This document shows, in pieces, positions 15,318 to 24,706 of a stretch of DNA of 25,949 bases. Made by a program: the position numbers and the translations under genes. The stretch is from the IMG/VR virus record IMGVR_UViG_3300037470_000191, positions 1 through 25,949 of that record. One strand, given 5' to 3'. Every line of letters starts with the position of its first letter. The stretch's first letter is position 1. This stretch comes from a virus. Its lineage: Duplodnaviria; Caudoviricetes. The notes below the pieces were generated by a model. It saw nothing but the letters and a program-made list of their open reading frames with translations. It made no database searches and was not told where the DNA came from.

Positions 15318-15604
15318 GCGGAGATTATCGCCCTGTCGGTCATGCGCCGCCAGTCCGTGCCATCGCTGAAAGCCGGAACCGCCCCGTCTGTCTCGTCCGT
15401 GACATAGATGATCGCGCCGGCATACTTCGTCGGATCGGGCACATCCGCGACCTCATAGGAATCCGGGATCTTCAAAACCGGCCCCAGCAGGTCGTCATTG
15501 AGCCGCGCATCCACATCATCTATGAACAGCTGGAATGTCCAGTTGATAATGCCGCCGTCAGAAACAAGTCGTATTCCGTGGTCCGGCTTTGTCGTGATCC
15601 TCAT
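15314..15604 (-). CDS. short virion protein in the gp26 (tail needle) slot
   Basis: Directly downstream of the gp10-like gene. C-terminal GAIIYVTDETDGAVPAFSDGTDWRR is a fibre-tip-like module. Confidence 0.65.
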   Translation of the reverse strand: MRITTKPDHGIRLVSDGGIINWTFQLFIDDVDARLNDDLLGPVLKIPDSYEVADVPDPTKYAGAIIYVTDETDGAVPAFSDGTDWRRMTDRAIISA

Positions 15605-16962
15605 TTCAGGTCCGCCATCAGCCAGGAGCAGGAAAATTTGATATCCTCAGCCGTATACAGCCGCATCCCCATAAAGCCGTCGTAGCGCCCGAGTCCGCCC
15701 GGATACTTCCAGCGAAGCCGCTGCTGGTATTGCCCGATGGCGCCGAGAGTGCCGTAAAAAGGCTGCCCGTAATTCACATTGTCCCGGCTCATCATCAGGG
15801 CAACGGAACCAGCCGCGATATTCGTTCCCTGACCTATGCCAAGCTCGATGTCATGGCATGTGAAGCGGTCCATCTCCTCTTTCTGGAACCCGATATCGAT
15901 GACGCGGACCATGGGTTCGCCGAAATCTGTATTGACCGCACTCAGTTTCCCGAAATTCCCTCGGTATGAGCAGTAATAGGTGCCGTCGATCTGGCGGACA
16001 TATCCCCCTGCCCAAGGCTTCTGGTAGCCGTCGACACGGGTGTCGATCTCGAACCACTGTCCTTTCAGAAAGCCGAGAGAATGGCGCTTGAAGGTCATGG
16101 TCAGGATGTCATGACCATAGCGATCAACGAAGCGACCCGAAATCGTAGTGGTTAGTTCGCTTTCCGTATACTGGTTGAGGATGTCATCCACTGCCTTGTT
16201 CGATATCTTCAGACCGCTCTCACCAAGGACGAAGATACCGAATCCCTGATCCTTCTTGCGACCGACAAAGGCAATCGTGTCCCCATACTCGATATGACCG
16301 CCGATCACGCCCGCATCCACGCGGGCGCCGGAGACGCGGCGAAAGGGCGTCGTTGTCGCGCCTGTATCACGGAAGAACTCGATGGAATTCCCTCCGCCGA
16401 TACCAAGGGTATTGCGAAGGTTCCAGCAGGCCCGGTTTTTGTCAGGCAATTCCTCGGCATCGAAAAACGACAATGCCTGGATCGACGAGGAATTGCCGAC
16501 ATCGGAATAGAAGGCGGGATCGCCATTTGCCGGTATCCAGACATGACGGCCATTGATAAAGCAGACATCGATGCAGGGCTGGAAAAACGGGAAGGCCGAG
16601 ACGTTGGTCAGCACATCATCCTTGTCGAGAGTATAGACCTCGCCGCCCTCAACGAGAATCCCTGCCTCGTTGAACCCCGCCGCAGCCCTGACGGGCGCTG
16701 TTCCGGCAATCGTGCCGATGGTGGTCGTTGCCCCCGTCAGCAGGCTGTCGACGCGCAGCAGGTCGTTGGACGAGACGATATGGTAATGGTCGTTCCAGAC
16801 GAATGTTCCACGTGAAACGCCGCCCGGCATACTGATCGTCTCGATACCTGCGCGCTGGAAGATAATTCCCTCGCCATTGTTGAAGCAATTTTTCAGCGTG
16901 CGTCTGGTCGAGGGTATTTCTTTTACGCCATCGAATCCGGCCGGGAAGGGAACCCTAATCAT
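15601..16962 (-). CDS. packaged DNA stabilisation/tail hub protein (P22 gp10-like)
   Basis: Beta-rich. AEELPD, SIEFF..TG, ISNKAVD, SRDNVNYG and GAIGQYQQRLRW...LG motifs. Start set at ATG 16962 (MIRVPFP), overlapping the gp4 stop. Confidence 0.88.
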   Translation of the reverse strand: MIRVPFPAGFDGVKEIPSTRRTLKNCFNNGEGIIFQRAGIETISMPGGVSRGTFVWNDHYHIVSSNDLLRVDSLLTGATTTIGTIAGTAPVRAAAGFNEAGILVEGGEVYTLDKDDVLTNVSAFPFFQPCIDVCFINGRHVWIPANGDPAFYSDVGNSSSIQALSFFDAEELPDKNRACWNLRNTLGIGGGNSIEFFRDTGATTTPFRRVSGARVDAGVIGGHIEYGDTIAFVGRKKDQGFGIFVLGESGLKISNKAVDDILNQYTESELTTTISGRFVDRYGHDILTMTFKRHSLGFLKGQWFEIDTRVDGYQKPWAGGYVRQIDGTYYCSYRGNFGKLSAVNTDFGEPMVRVIDIGFQKEEMDRFTCHDIELGIGQGTNIAAGSVALMMSRDNVNYGQPFYGTLGAIGQYQQRLRWKYPGGLGRYDGFMGMRLYTAEDIKFSCSWLMADLK

Positions 16963-17401
16963 CCAGTTCATGCCCCTTGGGGAAGAACGGGCTGTTCCAG
17001 ATACCGGTCTTGTTGCCAGCGCCGCGCGGCAGCGTGGAGGAAACCACCTTCTTCGGTGTATCAAACGTCTGGTAGAACGCGGCCACGTCGTGATATCCTT
17101 TTGTAGCCAGCGCCCGCAGCTCTCTTGAAACGACGGTTGTGCCGTTTTCCATGGCCGGGGCGCAATGGAGGGCGAGATTATAGACAATCGCGTTGGTTGC
17201 ATCCTCCGGCTCATACAACTCCTCACCATGCGCCATCAGTTGAGCCGCGCCCATGTCGATGCCTTTTTTGAGCCATGTCGCGATCATGCTGTTGAGTTTT
17301 TCGAGCGCCGCCGAGTAGGTTTCCGGAGGGGCGGGCATAACGACGGAATGCGCATTGATCTCGCTCAGTGCCCGCTCAATGATCTTCGTGCCCGTGGTCA
17401 T
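16955..17401 (-). CDS. head-to-tail adaptor (P22 gp4-like)
   Basis: IIERALSEI...ALEKLNSMIATW...GI...YNLA...LPRGAGN pattern. Confidence 0.88.
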   Translation of the reverse strand: MTTGTKIIERALSEINAHSVVMPAPPETYSAALEKLNSMIATWLKKGIDMGAAQLMAHGEELYEPEDATNAIVYNLALHCAPAMENGTTVVSRELRALATKGYHDVAAFYQTFDTPKKVVSSTLPRGAGNKTGIWNSPFFPKGHELDD

Positions 17402-17682
17402 TGCTCGCCCTCGACCTGCCGGGAGAGCTGCTCCATCATATCCTTGCGGCTTTTACCGTCATCGAGGTCATAGCCAAACGACGCGGCGTAGCTTTTCAGG
17501 TCCGCCTTGGTCTCGCATTTCATGGCTTCCTCATAGGAGAAATCGTCCGCGACGTTTGTTACCACCCGGTTCGGGACAGGCCCCTTTTGCGGATTGTGGC
17601 GCGAGTATCCCGAAGGCAATTGCTCGCCCTCGAACCATTTTCCGGCGCCGTCCGCGTCATATCCTCGTGTCTTTTTCGGCAT
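17398..17682 (-). CDS. small protein after the coat gene with C-terminal HeH/SAP/Rho-N-like helical motif
   Basis: Strong AGGAGG RBS. TKADLKSYAASFGYDLDDGKSRKDMMEQL. Confidence 0.7.
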   Translation of the reverse strand: MPKKTRGYDADGAGKWFEGEQLPSGYSRHNPQKGPVPNRVVTNVADDFSYEEAMKCETKADLKSYAASFGYDLDDGKSRKDMMEQLSRQVEGEQ

Positions 17683-17698
17683 AACATCCTCCTTGTGA

Positions 17699-17740
17699 AT
17701 AAAATGAACAGGCGGGGCGGTTTTAATCTCCGCCCCGCCT
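17699..17740 (-). terminator. hairpin/partial terminator after the coat gene
   Basis: Perfect 11-bp inverted repeat AGGCGGGGCGG (17710-17720) / CCGCCCCGCCT (17730-17740), followed on the minus strand by GTTCATTTTATT. Confidence 0.75.
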
Positions 17741-17746
17741 CGCAGT

Positions 17747-18973
17747 TTATGGCTGTCCGCCGAACATGACGCCGTTCATTTCCGGGTTCACGTTGGTGAC
17801 CCCGTAGAACATCGTCAGACGGGAGCCGAGAGTACCGGCGGCGCCATTACCCCATTTCGCATAGGTGATCTGGAAGCCGCTGTCTGTCATCGCCTGCATC
17901 CGGGCAACACCCGGCATGTTGTCGAAAGACAGACGCCCGGAGAAGATTTCGATTGAATCATCAATGAAGAAGATGTTCGAATTTGCCGCCGTCGCATTCA
18001 GGAAAACGATGTTGCTTAGATCGTTCGCAATGTTCGTGCAGTTGGCATAATCATCCTCGATATCCGAGCTTCCATCACCGACAATGATCGGCGGTGAAAT
18101 TTCCAGCACTGTGCCATTGACAACTGACTTGACCGTGAAGGTTTTGAGCTGCCCCGTATCATATTTATTGATATGGGAGAGCGCGTTAATCCCTTCGATG
18201 GTGAACTTGTCGCCAGCCGCAACACCCGCTGTTGCGGAGACTGTCAGGTTCATCGATCGGTTGTCAACCAGACCCGAGCTGTCGGTGGCCTCCGGGACAT
18301 ACCGTTGGTCACCGTTGACAGTCGGGGTTGCCGCCTGCGCCGCCATCGGGGCCGCAAAGCCCGTCTTGAACGTCTCGAAACCTGCGACATTCCCCAAATA
18401 CGCTTCACTGTAGGCCTTCTCCGTCCGCTGACCAAGTGTCCGGCTGGCAAGGTTGCCCGCCATCGCATTGTAGTCACGGGCGTTCAGGACCATTGTTTTG
18501 TCGCCAACGATATCATTCTCCATCATCAGCGCATCAACTTCAGCAACATCGTCATAGCCGGTCAGGGCGCCGGTGATCGGGACCACAAGCGAGCCCTGAA
18601 TGCGCACACATTCCGCGATATCTCGATTGAGGCGAGCGGAAAGAGCCTGCGCACCGGATCGGGCCTTTCGCTCCATATAGTCGGGATTGCGAAGTTCCTT
18701 TGCGTCCAGCTCCCACGGAACGTTCGGGATTGTGTTAAGAACTGCGGGAACCGACATTTCGCTGACATCTCCGTAACTGGATGAAATATCCAGCCCGTCA
18801 ACGGTCGTCGAAATCATCGGCACGGGACGCCAGACAGTATCGTTCCGGTTCTGCATTTCCTTGCCCGGCTGCGAGAACTTCGCCGCCCGCTTGGCAACCG
18901 TGTTGTCGGTGTCGAATTTCTCCAACACCTTGTCGAAGAGAACAACCTCTTCTTTTGAGAAATCATTAGCCAT
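17747..18973 (-). CDS. major capsid protein (P22 gp5-like)
   Basis: MANDFSKEE start, MQNRNDTVWRP, GNVAGFETFK, AGDKFTIEG..A..HINK.DTGQLKTF insertion-domain motif, and NPEMNGV end. Confidence 0.95.
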   Translation of the reverse strand: MANDFSKEEVVLFDKVLEKFDTDNTVAKRAAKFSQPGKEMQNRNDTVWRPVPMISTTVDGLDISSSYGDVSEMSVPAVLNTIPNVPWELDAKELRNPDYMERKARSGAQALSARLNRDIAECVRIQGSLVVPITGALTGYDDVAEVDALMMENDIVGDKTMVLNARDYNAMAGNLASRTLGQRTEKAYSEAYLGNVAGFETFKTGFAAPMAAQAATPTVNGDQRYVPEATDSSGLVDNRSMNLTVSATAGVAAGDKFTIEGINALSHINKYDTGQLKTFTVKSVVNGTVLEISPPIIVGDGSSDIEDDYANCTNIANDLSNIVFLNATAANSNIFFIDDSIEIFSGRLSFDNMPGVARMQAMTDSGFQITYAKWGNGAAGTLGSRLTMFYGVTNVNPEMNGVMFGGQP

Positions 18974-19997
18974 TTACTTTTTCCTTCAGGTAAGGGTTGA
19001 TGCCCTTCTTCCGACATTTTCTCTTGAAATTCCGAAGCTCGTTCATGGCGTCCGGATTACTGGAATCCTGCGCTTTCGTAACGAGCCGCTCGTATTTCTT
19101 CTGGACGGCTTCCGCCGCACCCGGGCGGCCGCCTTCAAGAGGTTCATCGGGGTCTGGGCTGTTCGTGGTTTTTTTTGCAGGTTTCTTGATATCGGTGATG
19201 ATTTTGTCGATCCTCCTGATCACCTTCACCGGATTGCTTTGCGCGATTTCAACGAGTTCTTCTGCAAGGTCCGGGTTTTTGCCCAGGTGATAAAGCAGAT
19301 GCTCGCTTTCCTCGAACTCGTTGATGATGATGTTGGTCATGCTTTGGCCGATCGCCGCGATAGCAACGTCCTCCGCTTTTCCGTAATCCTTCACATTGAG
19401 TTTGGCGGCCCGGCGATAATGCGCTTCCGCATTCTCTTCGAGCTTGGCCGCATTGCGCGCAGCGATGGCTTCCTGTTGCCGCTGTTTCTCCTGTGCCTCA
19501 AGAGATTTTTCAACGGTTTTCCGGGTCTCGAAGGCGTTGAAGGTCCTGAGCGCCTTGCGGTACTCCGGGTCTTCATGCCCAAGGTCGAAATCCTCGGGAT
19601 CGGGCTCTGTGGGGTCCGGCGCACTCTGGTTCTTTTCAACGGCAAGGCGCAGGATTTTAATCTGCTCCCTTGCCGCCTCAAGATCCTCGGTGGCCCTGTC
19701 CGCCCGCTTGGTTGATGCTTCAACCTTGCCTGTCAGCTTCTTGGCGCGTTTCAGCAATATTCTTTCAAGTTTTTCCTGCGTGACAGTCCGCGTGTCCTGC
19801 CCGTCACCCCCGGTATCATCCTCCTCTTCGGATTGATCCTCATGATTGCCGTCCTCCTCATCGGTTAGGTCCGCGGTGTCATCCGCGTCCTCATCGGTTT
19901 CGGAATTGCCGGTTTCCGCCTCGTCGTCGAGAAGGTCCTTCAGATCATCGTCATTGGTATCGTCACTGGGGGTGTTTTTTTCCGCGTTATCAGACAT
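18966..19997 (-). CDS. scaffolding protein (P22 gp8 slot)
   Basis: Lies between portal and coat. Highly acidic N-terminus, coiled coil, PDPEDFD and LLYHLGKNP motifs, basic C-terminus. Confidence 0.85.
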   Translation of the reverse strand: MSDNAEKNTPSDDTNDDDLKDLLDDEAETGNSETDEDADDTADLTDEEDGNHEDQSEEEDDTGGDGQDTRTVTQEKLERILLKRAKKLTGKVEASTKRADRATEDLEAAREQIKILRLAVEKNQSAPDPTEPDPEDFDLGHEDPEYRKALRTFNAFETRKTVEKSLEAQEKQRQQEAIAARNAAKLEENAEAHYRRAAKLNVKDYGKAEDVAIAAIGQSMTNIIINEFEESEHLLYHLGKNPDLAEELVEIAQSNPVKVIRRIDKIITDIKKPAKKTTNSPDPDEPLEGGRPGAAEAVQKKYERLVTKAQDSSNPDAMNELRNFKRKCRKKGINPYLKEKVNG

Positions 19998-20061
19998 GTG
20001 TTTAACCTCAGCATGTAGGAGTGGGGCACAATTGCCGCCCGGTTTAGCGCTCCGGTAAGCG

Positions 20062-22137
20062 TTAGTTGATTGTCGGGGTCATGATCCGCTGGCGTATGGC
20101 GGCAAGGCTGTTAATGCCCTTGAGGCTCGCCTCATGCCGCTTGAGCTGCGTCTCGACCTTGATTTCCTCGGTTTCCGCCGCCTTCTTGGCCGCGTCGGCA
20201 CGTTTCTGCTCGCTGCTTGCCAGAAGGCTTTGCGCCTCGGCGTCCTGCTGACGTGCAGCGGCGCGCGCGAGATCGGCCTCGGGATCATCCTTCGGCTTCT
20301 GCATCTCGGCAAGCATCTGCTTCTCTTCGTCCGTTTCCGGCTTGACCAGGCCCTGCGTCAGCATAAGCTTGCGGTTGAGGTCTTTCAGCGGACCAAGCCC
20401 GACGCCCGAGATATTTTCGAGGATGATCGCAATAATCGCATCGGCGTACTGCTCGCCCTTGCCAAGACCATTAAGGGCTTCGAGCGTGCCTTTCAGGTCC
20501 TCGACGGTCTGCTCGCGCAAAGTCTCATACGCGGGGCCGGTATCGGCGATGGTCTTGAACCGCTTTCCGTCAAGGCGGTTGATCTGTTGAATCTTTCCGC
20601 TCTCCTCATCGAGGACCGTCTCGAACAGCTGCACGGATTTTTCCGAGCCGTCGCGGCCTATAATGTTGAGCATCCGCTCGCTGTCATATACATCGCGGGC
20701 CATTTCCAGATAGACCTCACCCGACCAGCGGATCGCGTTCCTGATGTTGTCCTGGATATTCTGCGTGTTCATGTTTTCGCGCTTCATCAGCGCCTGGATC
20801 GCCTTGCCCGACATATCCGGGTTGATTGTCTCCTGCGGGGCGCCGCCGGTATGCTCATGCAGGAAGGTCATGACTACCTGCATCAGGGCGGCTGTGGTCT
20901 GGTCAATGCCTGCGGGCTTCTGGTAGCCGGTTGGCCCTGCATGAAGGATTTTTCCATCCTCGTCATAAAGCGGCACGGCCAACAGGTAAGGCTCGTTGTT
21001 CTTGTTGGCCCAGATATTCTTGATATACTGGTTATCCATCTGCTCAGGCGCGAAGATCGGGATTTCCTGACCGTTCCCGGCGGCGTTCTCGGCAAGCTGC
21101 GATACCTGCATATTGAACAGCCGTGACGGGTCCTTGATCTTGCGGATCAGCCCGCGATACCGCTCTATACCGTCCACGTAAACCCGGTGACCATAAACAG
21201 GGATAACCGGTATCCATTTCCCGGCAATGCGGCGGGATTTCTCAAGGATAGAGGAGCCTGAAAACACGGTTTTCTGGACCGTTTGACGAAGGATGCGGCG
21301 CTTGCGGACGAATTTCATGAACTCGTTGGCCGCCATCTCATCCTTGATCTTTTCATGGGCGTCGGCATAAACGCGGACCTGATCACCATTTTCCAGATCG
21401 TTGTAGATAAACAGATCCTCGAACTTCTTCACCACGTCATATCGGGTGGCGATAAAGACGGTATCAACCGAGGTAAGCGCGGTGTCGAGATGACGGGAGT
21501 CTTCCGGCGCATAAGCCGATACCGGGTCCTTGTCCGGCCAGATGTCCCTGAATCCCCTGTCTGTGTAAGGCTCAAGCACCGTGCACCAGCGCGCATCGCG
21601 CTTGTCGATACATCTGGCGGAACTGTCCCAGTAAACATGGCTGTAGGCCGAATGAATATCGCCCCACGAAATCCGCTGAAGATCGTTCTCCTCATCGCTC
21701 TCATCCTCATAGCAGGTCCGGAGGATGAACGCCCCATAGCCACAACAGGCCGCCTCATCGACGGCGTTATCGACGGCTGTTTCGCCGAAATACTCGCTGT
21801 AATCCGCGCGATAGATGCCGTTCATCAACTCGCTGTCATCGTCGGATGTCTTGTGATCCTTCGGCTTGAACTCGACGGAAACGCGGTTTTCGTTCCACTC
21901 ACCAATGAACCGGTCGAGGTATTGCGAGGCGAGATCAAACTCGAACTTTGCCCGGTCACCGTAGATATCCTCAAGGTGGCCTTCCCACATGCCGCCATCG
22001 ACATGGACAAACCGCATATCGCTGTTGGCCTTGATCTGCTCCTCAAGCGTGACATCGGCATCTAGCACCAGGTCCTGCTTGAATCTGTCAAGCTGTTCGT
22101 CCTTCGGGACGACCGGCGTCTCCTTGGCTTCTTCCAT
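20062..22137 (-). CDS. portal protein (P22 gp1-like)
   Basis: 691 aa after terL. GGMWE, IAGKWIPVIPVYG, KDPSRLFN, SGKAI and GPAYETLRE motifs, with a helical barrel-like C-terminus. Confidence 0.95.
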   Translation of the reverse strand: MEEAKETPVVPKDEQLDRFKQDLVLDADVTLEEQIKANSDMRFVHVDGGMWEGHLEDIYGDRAKFEFDLASQYLDRFIGEWNENRVSVEFKPKDHKTSDDDSELMNGIYRADYSEYFGETAVDNAVDEAACCGYGAFILRTCYEDESDEENDLQRISWGDIHSAYSHVYWDSSARCIDKRDARWCTVLEPYTDRGFRDIWPDKDPVSAYAPEDSRHLDTALTSVDTVFIATRYDVVKKFEDLFIYNDLENGDQVRVYADAHEKIKDEMAANEFMKFVRKRRILRQTVQKTVFSGSSILEKSRRIAGKWIPVIPVYGHRVYVDGIERYRGLIRKIKDPSRLFNMQVSQLAENAAGNGQEIPIFAPEQMDNQYIKNIWANKNNEPYLLAVPLYDEDGKILHAGPTGYQKPAGIDQTTAALMQVVMTFLHEHTGGAPQETINPDMSGKAIQALMKRENMNTQNIQDNIRNAIRWSGEVYLEMARDVYDSERMLNIIGRDGSEKSVQLFETVLDEESGKIQQINRLDGKRFKTIADTGPAYETLREQTVEDLKGTLEALNGLGKGEQYADAIIAIILENISGVGLGPLKDLNRKLMLTQGLVKPETDEEKQMLAEMQKPKDDPEADLARAAARQQDAEAQSLLASSEQKRADAAKKAAETEEIKVETQLKRHEASLKGINSLAAIRQRIMTPTIN

Positions 22138-22139
22138 GC

Positions 22140-23702
22140 TTACAATCTCTTCAGTTTAGGAGTACTCATGTCCGGTTCCGGCCGCGCCACGGGAGGTGAC
22201 CAGAGGGACATCATGATGCCGTCAGATTCGTTGGGAGACGGTATGCCGAGAGCCTTCATTTCAGCTTTGGCAAGGATCTGCTTCAGTGCTCTCGATGAAC
22301 GCACCTTCATGGGTATCCGGCAAAGCTGTGATCTCAGTCCGCTCATATTATTCTCGCCATGCTGGTTGATGACACCCTTCGAGTTGATCGAGAGCATTTC
22401 GGCGGGATCGACGTATTCCCCGCGCTCGACGCAGCGATAGGTGTTGTAAAGACGGGTCGCGAGATCGATGTATTTCTGCGCCCGGTTATTCAGGAAAACG
22501 TCGCTGTAAGTGAGCCGCCTCTTTCTGACGCCCTCCGTATTTTCATCCTCAACCGGCATGTAGGTGCGCCCGGCATTGTCCTGGGCGGAGCCTGACAGAC
22601 TGCCTTTGAACAGGTGATACCGGATATGCGTCCCCTTGAAATTCGTCGAGACCTGACGCTTCAGGCCTGTTCCCATGCCGTCGCCATCCCAGATAAACCA
22701 GTCGGCATTATCCTCAATCGCAAGATCGGTGGCCCAGTCGCAACATTCGTCAATTTCGCCCTTCGTTATGATCTTCACGGACTCGATGATAGATCCATGC
22801 CGCAGAACATAGGAACCGGCGTCGCTGCCGTCGTCGAACGGGTCATGGGCGGCTATCCGCGCCCCGTGCGGCTTGAAGGCGGCTTTCAGGTGAGGCAGGA
22901 GATGCGCATCTGTGGCCGCGTCGACCCACTCCTTCTTGATGATCGCGTTGTCAATCTCGTCGAGATAGGCGCCATGCCATTTGTGATCGTATGCGGCGCG
23001 GCTCATCTGCTCGAAATCATCCTTGCGCTCCTGCTCCAGACCGCTTTGCAGGAACCATTTCTGCGGCATGTCCGTATAGTTGAGCTGGACCACCATGATT
23101 GTGTCGTCTTCGTAATATCCGCAGCGCTCAAGCTCCGCCTCGGCCCGTTTGAGGTATGTCTGCGCTATCGCCCCGTCGCGCGCGCCCCGGTTCATGGTGA
23201 AAATGATTTCCGGGAACAGGATATCGGCACCGGCAATGGCTTTGACCGTATCGGCAGCATTCAGCCGGACGGAGGCCGTCAGCACCCGCAGCGTGTTGAC
23301 GGACACATCCTCCGCCTCCTCGACCCAGAGTTTGTGGACGCCGGAGAGGGTTGATTTCAGCGACGTAATATTGCGCGACAGCCCACGGTAGAATATCCGT
23401 CCGCCGCTGTAGGGATGGCGGATTTCGGTCTTGGTATCGACAAAGCCGGGCAGGCCAAGCCGCTCGATCTCGCCAAGATTGGTGCGATGGACGCTTTCGG
23501 CGATGGAATTCTGGGTTTCACGGGCGCAGCACCAGAGTTTGCCTGTCGATACCTCGCTGATGCACCAGTCGGCTACGCCTGTGGATTTGGTCGATCCGCG
23601 CCCACCGACAATGATCTTGATCCGCTTCGGCTTTGTCATGGCGGGGATCAGTTTGTCAACGATCTCCACATCTATGTTGACAGCCCCGGCGGTCGCGTTC
23701 AT
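22140..23702 (-). CDS. terL: terminase large subunit
   Basis: Walker A GGRGSTKS, ARETQNSIAESVH, Walker B LWVEEAE, nuclease motifs AHDP, WDGDGMG and SPNESDG. Confidence 0.96.
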   Translation of the reverse strand: MNATAGAVNIDVEIVDKLIPAMTKPKRIKIIVGGRGSTKSTGVADWCISEVSTGKLWCCARETQNSIAESVHRTNLGEIERLGLPGFVDTKTEIRHPYSGGRIFYRGLSRNITSLKSTLSGVHKLWVEEAEDVSVNTLRVLTASVRLNAADTVKAIAGADILFPEIIFTMNRGARDGAIAQTYLKRAEAELERCGYYEDDTIMVVQLNYTDMPQKWFLQSGLEQERKDDFEQMSRAAYDHKWHGAYLDEIDNAIIKKEWVDAATDAHLLPHLKAAFKPHGARIAAHDPFDDGSDAGSYVLRHGSIIESVKIITKGEIDECCDWATDLAIEDNADWFIWDGDGMGTGLKRQVSTNFKGTHIRYHLFKGSLSGSAQDNAGRTYMPVEDENTEGVRKRRLTYSDVFLNNRAQKYIDLATRLYNTYRCVERGEYVDPAEMLSINSKGVINQHGENNMSGLRSQLCRIPMKVRSSRALKQILAKAEMKALGIPSPNESDGIMMSLWSPPVARPEPDMSTPKLKRL

Positions 23703-24257
23703 TCATTTGTCCCGATCACGTCCGACCGGGATAAAATTTATGGTCATGGGATGGCCGCCAACCATGCCGCCAATCGCCTGATTGTCCGTGAACATGGCGA
23801 TGGTCCGGCCCAGCCCTTCCAGCCCCTTCATCCGGTCATTGAAACGTATTCTGGCGATCTGCGTCGTTTCCTCCTCGCCGGTCTCCTCGTTCCGGACGGT
23901 TGTTTTTGTAATGTCAAACCCCGCAATGGCGCGGCGTACTTCAGGCGGCAGGTCCCTGATCGCCAGCATGTTGCCGTTGGTATCGAACATATCGGCAGGA
24001 TCGAGATCGGCGACATGGAGAAGGCCCCGGATGATATCCTCCTGCTGTATGTCCAGCCGTTTCAGCACCTCCTCCGTGCGTTTGCGGATATACGCCTTGA
24101 CATGCGGCTTGTTATGGATTTCCCATCCTATCTGGGCGGAGGATCGGTCGCTGAACCCGGCGCGACGGGCGGCAACTGTCTTGTTCCGGCACACCAGAAA
24201 TTCCTCGGCGTACCGCTCTTCCCGCGCCGTCAGCTTCTTTATCCCGGGTTTTGCCAT
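23703..24257 (-). CDS. terS: terminase small subunit
   Basis: LTAREERYAEEFL...NKTVAARRAGFS...KPHVKAYI is a Terminase_2-type HTH. Abuts terL. Confidence 0.93.
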   Translation of the reverse strand: MAKPGIKKLTAREERYAEEFLVCRNKTVAARRAGFSDRSSAQIGWEIHNKPHVKAYIRKRTEEVLKRLDIQQEDIIRGLLHVADLDPADMFDTNGNMLAIRDLPPEVRRAIAGFDITKTTVRNEETGEEETTQIARIRFNDRMKGLEGLGRTIAMFTDNQAIGGMVGGHPMTINFIPVGRDRDK

Positions 24258-24274
24258 TGGTCACGTCTCCGGTT

Positions 24275-24706
24275 TCAGGAGACCCTTTCCTTGAAATAGG
24301 CCGTCTTCTGGATAGTCCGTCCGCCGTCTGTGACAATTGTCGTCACGATCTTGCCGCTGTTGCCAATAACGTCCTTGACCCAATATTCCGTTGTGTTGGA
24401 TGTATATGAAGGGGCGGGGGTTGACGCCAGCGTGACACCGGACGCCTCATGATCAACAGTTGATATTGTATCGCCCTTGAGCGCCCGCTGCCAAAGCAAC
24501 GTATGGTCAAGGACCTCATCCCGGTCCTGATAAATAACAAGCGGCTTGCTCATACCGTCTCCTTCATGCGCCGCATGACGGCGGCTGTCCATCTGGATAT
24601 TATACCGGCGATTTGATTTTGGGATGGGCGGCGCTGGAAACCACGCGCCCGGAGCCCATGATCCATACGCCCACGATCCTTCCGACCAGGAATAGCCGAT
24701 AGCCAT
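24275..24706 (-). CDS. fibre-adaptor-like virion protein with Trp-rich N-terminal extension (internal start at 24553)
   Basis: The C-terminal 92 aa (QDRDEVLDHTLLW...GDTIST...IVTDGGRTIQKT) resemble small phage fibre-adaptor proteins. The N-terminus has SW repeats. An internal AAGGAG RBS precedes ATG 24553. Confidence 0.65.
   Translation of the reverse strand: MAIGYSWSEGSWAYGSWAPGAWFPAPPIPKSNRRYNIQMDSRRHAAHEGDGMSKPLVIYQDRDEVLDHTLLWQRALKGDTISTVDHEASGVTLASTPAPSYTSNTTEYWVKDVIGNSGKIVTTIVTDGGRTIQKTAYFKERVS

Noticed and set aside
16963-17229. Listed 542-aa start for the gp10-like gene
   Set aside because: The extension overlaps the gp4-like gene in another frame and is not protein-like. ATG 16962 fits coupling and size.
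23703-24257. pac site within terS
   Set aside because: It is expected by analogy with P22, but no specific sequence can be identified from this window.
18861-24299. Long + strand ORFs (18861..19715, 20134..21126, 21283..22065, 22614..23354, 23415..24299)
   Set aside because: These are antisense shadows of scaffold, portal and terminase genes, expected in GC-rich coding DNA. They have no recognisable motifs.
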